A stretch of 64,000 nt of DNA from an uncultured Acidimicrobiales bacterium. GTDB taxonomy: Bacteria > Actinomycetota > Acidimicrobiia > Acidimicrobiales > SHLQ01. This document shows positions 63,087 to 64,000 of the stretch, in pieces (the first letter of the stretch is position 1; each line of letters opens with the position of its first letter). The notes beneath the pieces are model-generated. The model was not told the origin of the DNA, made no database searches, and worked only from the letters and a program-made list of their open reading frames with translations. A program made the translations under genes and the position numbers. Location: NCBI GenBank assembly GCA_964562985.1, contig CAZLWE010000004.1, positions 17,338 through 81,337 of the forward strand, read 5' to 3'.

Positions 63087-63305
63087 TCACAGAGCGACAA
63101 GAACGGAACGAGCTGCGATCTCAACCTTGACCGGGACCGCTTCATCACGCGTCGAATCCCGAAGAAGGCGCTCCACGTCCTCGACCTGACCTTCCTGTTC
63201 GACTTCGCCCGCATCGAGGCCTTCGCGAATCAACGGCGTTTCGGCTTCCCTAGCTAGCGCCGACGCGAGCCGGTGAGCGTCACGTGCCGAGAGACACGCG
63301 CGCAT
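63087..63305 (-). CDS. hypothetical small protein (possible ribbon-helix-helix fold)
   Basis: ATG at 63305 gives MRACLSARDAHRLASALAREAETPLIREGL.., which loosely fits a strand-helix-helix pattern. No partner toxin ORF is evident. Coding status uncertain. Confidence 0.25.
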   Translation of the reverse strand: MRACLSARDAHRLASALAREAETPLIREGLDAGEVEQEGQVEDVERLLRDSTRDEAVPVKVEIAARSVLVAL

Positions 63306-63478
63306 TGCAAGACCATAACCAACAGGTAAGAATCGTCTCGACTGGCGACCGTTTGTACTGTACTGCTGCCAGTATTTTTCGGAGCCGCATTCGGGTCTGT
63401 GTTGTTGTCCGGGTCCGCGCCAAATCAACCACTAACAGGTAGGTACATCATGACCCTGATTCCATGGGGAGGCGCCCA

Positions 63479-64000
63479 ATGACGTCTCCCAAGAAGGTCG
63501 CCAGTTGGCGGCTAATCGCTACTCTTCTCGCTCTTGTCCTGGTGGCAGCAGCTTGCGGTAGCGACACAAGCACCGAACAAGCAAGCCCAGAGACAGACGT
63601 AGCTGGAGAGAGTATTGAGTCCGAGGAGACCGTGGCCGATGTAGCCGCGGAAGCCGAGGGCGAGGCAGATACTGCCGTTCGCACCCTGAATCTGGGTGCT
63701 ATTCCCGACCAGGAACCGGAGCGCCTCCAGCGCACCTACGACCTGCTCGCCACGTACCTCGAGGCAGAGATCGACAACCTTGCGGTCGAGTACATCCCGG
63801 TAACCGAGTACTCATCGGCGGTAACCGGCTTCAGCACCGGCGATCTCGACGCCGTCTGGTTCGGCGGTTTGACCGGCGTCCAGGCACGCCTCGAAGTCGA
63901 AGGTTCCACCGCCATCCTCCAGCGAGATATCGATGAGGACTTCACGTCGGTGTTCATCGCACGTGCCGATAGCGGCATCGAGCCGTTCAACTCCGTCGAT
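63479..64000 (+). CDS. PhnD-family (phosphonate/phosphite-type) ABC substrate-binding lipoprotein, 3' partial
   Basis: Not in the ORF track because it runs off the window. ATG at 63479 follows GGGGAGG. Lipobox LVAAACGS. The block LNLGAIPDQEPERL...YSSAVTGFSTGDLDAVWFGGLTGVQA matches the PhnD family pattern. Confidence 0.7.
   Translation, partial: MTSPKKVASWRLIATLLALVLVAAACGSDTSTEQASPETDVAGESIESEETVADVAAEAEGEADTAVRTLNLGAIPDQEPERLQRTYDLLATYLEAEIDNLAVEYIPVTEYSSAVTGFSTGDLDAVWFGGLTGVQARLEVEGSTAILQRDIDEDFTSVFIARADSGIEPFNSVD

Noticed and set aside
63317-63443. Direct repeat AACC..AACAGGTA(A/G)G as a Pho box upstream of phnD
   Set aside because: There are only two short copies about 110 bp apart, and they do not resemble the GTTCACC-type actinobacterial PHO box. 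This could be chance.

Overview
High-GC, gene-dense chromosomal segment that looks actinobacterial. The clues are F420/LLM-type enzymes, a mycothiol-type DinB/MDMPI domain, an Rpf domain, a fused OleBC, a HelZ-type SNF2 helicase, GGAGG-type RBSs and many 1-8 nt start/stop overlaps. I can support about 60 protein genes. I saw no rRNA, tRNA or CRISPR array. Left to right the window holds: (1) a peptide-type ABC importer (1557-6929); (2) scattered redox and housekeeping genes, including a truncated esterase remnant and trmL; (3) an AKR + SsuD-type monooxygenase operon, a divergent Gfo/Idh/MocA gene, and a sugar ABC importer with a LacI regulator, where two promoter regions share the same 14-bp LacI-type palindrome and an IS200-like (RAYT-type) tyrosine transposase with palindromic flanking repeats sits between them; I read this as a candidate sulfosugar-desulfonation regulon; (4) an SNF2 helicase with a translationally coupled small basic/acidic protein; (5) two tandem dimethylglycine/sarcosine-dehydrogenase paralogs separated by a duplicated hairpin element, which recurs near 62.9 kb; (6) yceI-marR with three 20-bp-phased operators; (7) RimK(+TrkA_C) next to an AstE-like peptidase; (8) an RTX-repeat/Rpf fusion behind a long structured leader; (9) a DHp-only protein, Cache histidine kinase and receiver operon; (10) oleA-oleBC-oleD, a long-chain olefin cluster; (11) an XDH-family L-M-S molybdoenzyme; (12) a cadherin-like surface protein, an RCK K+ channel and a znuAB / znuC-zur locus with a Zur box; (13) a partial phnD-like gene at the right edge. 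All functional calls come from motifs read by eye in the translations. No database search was run.
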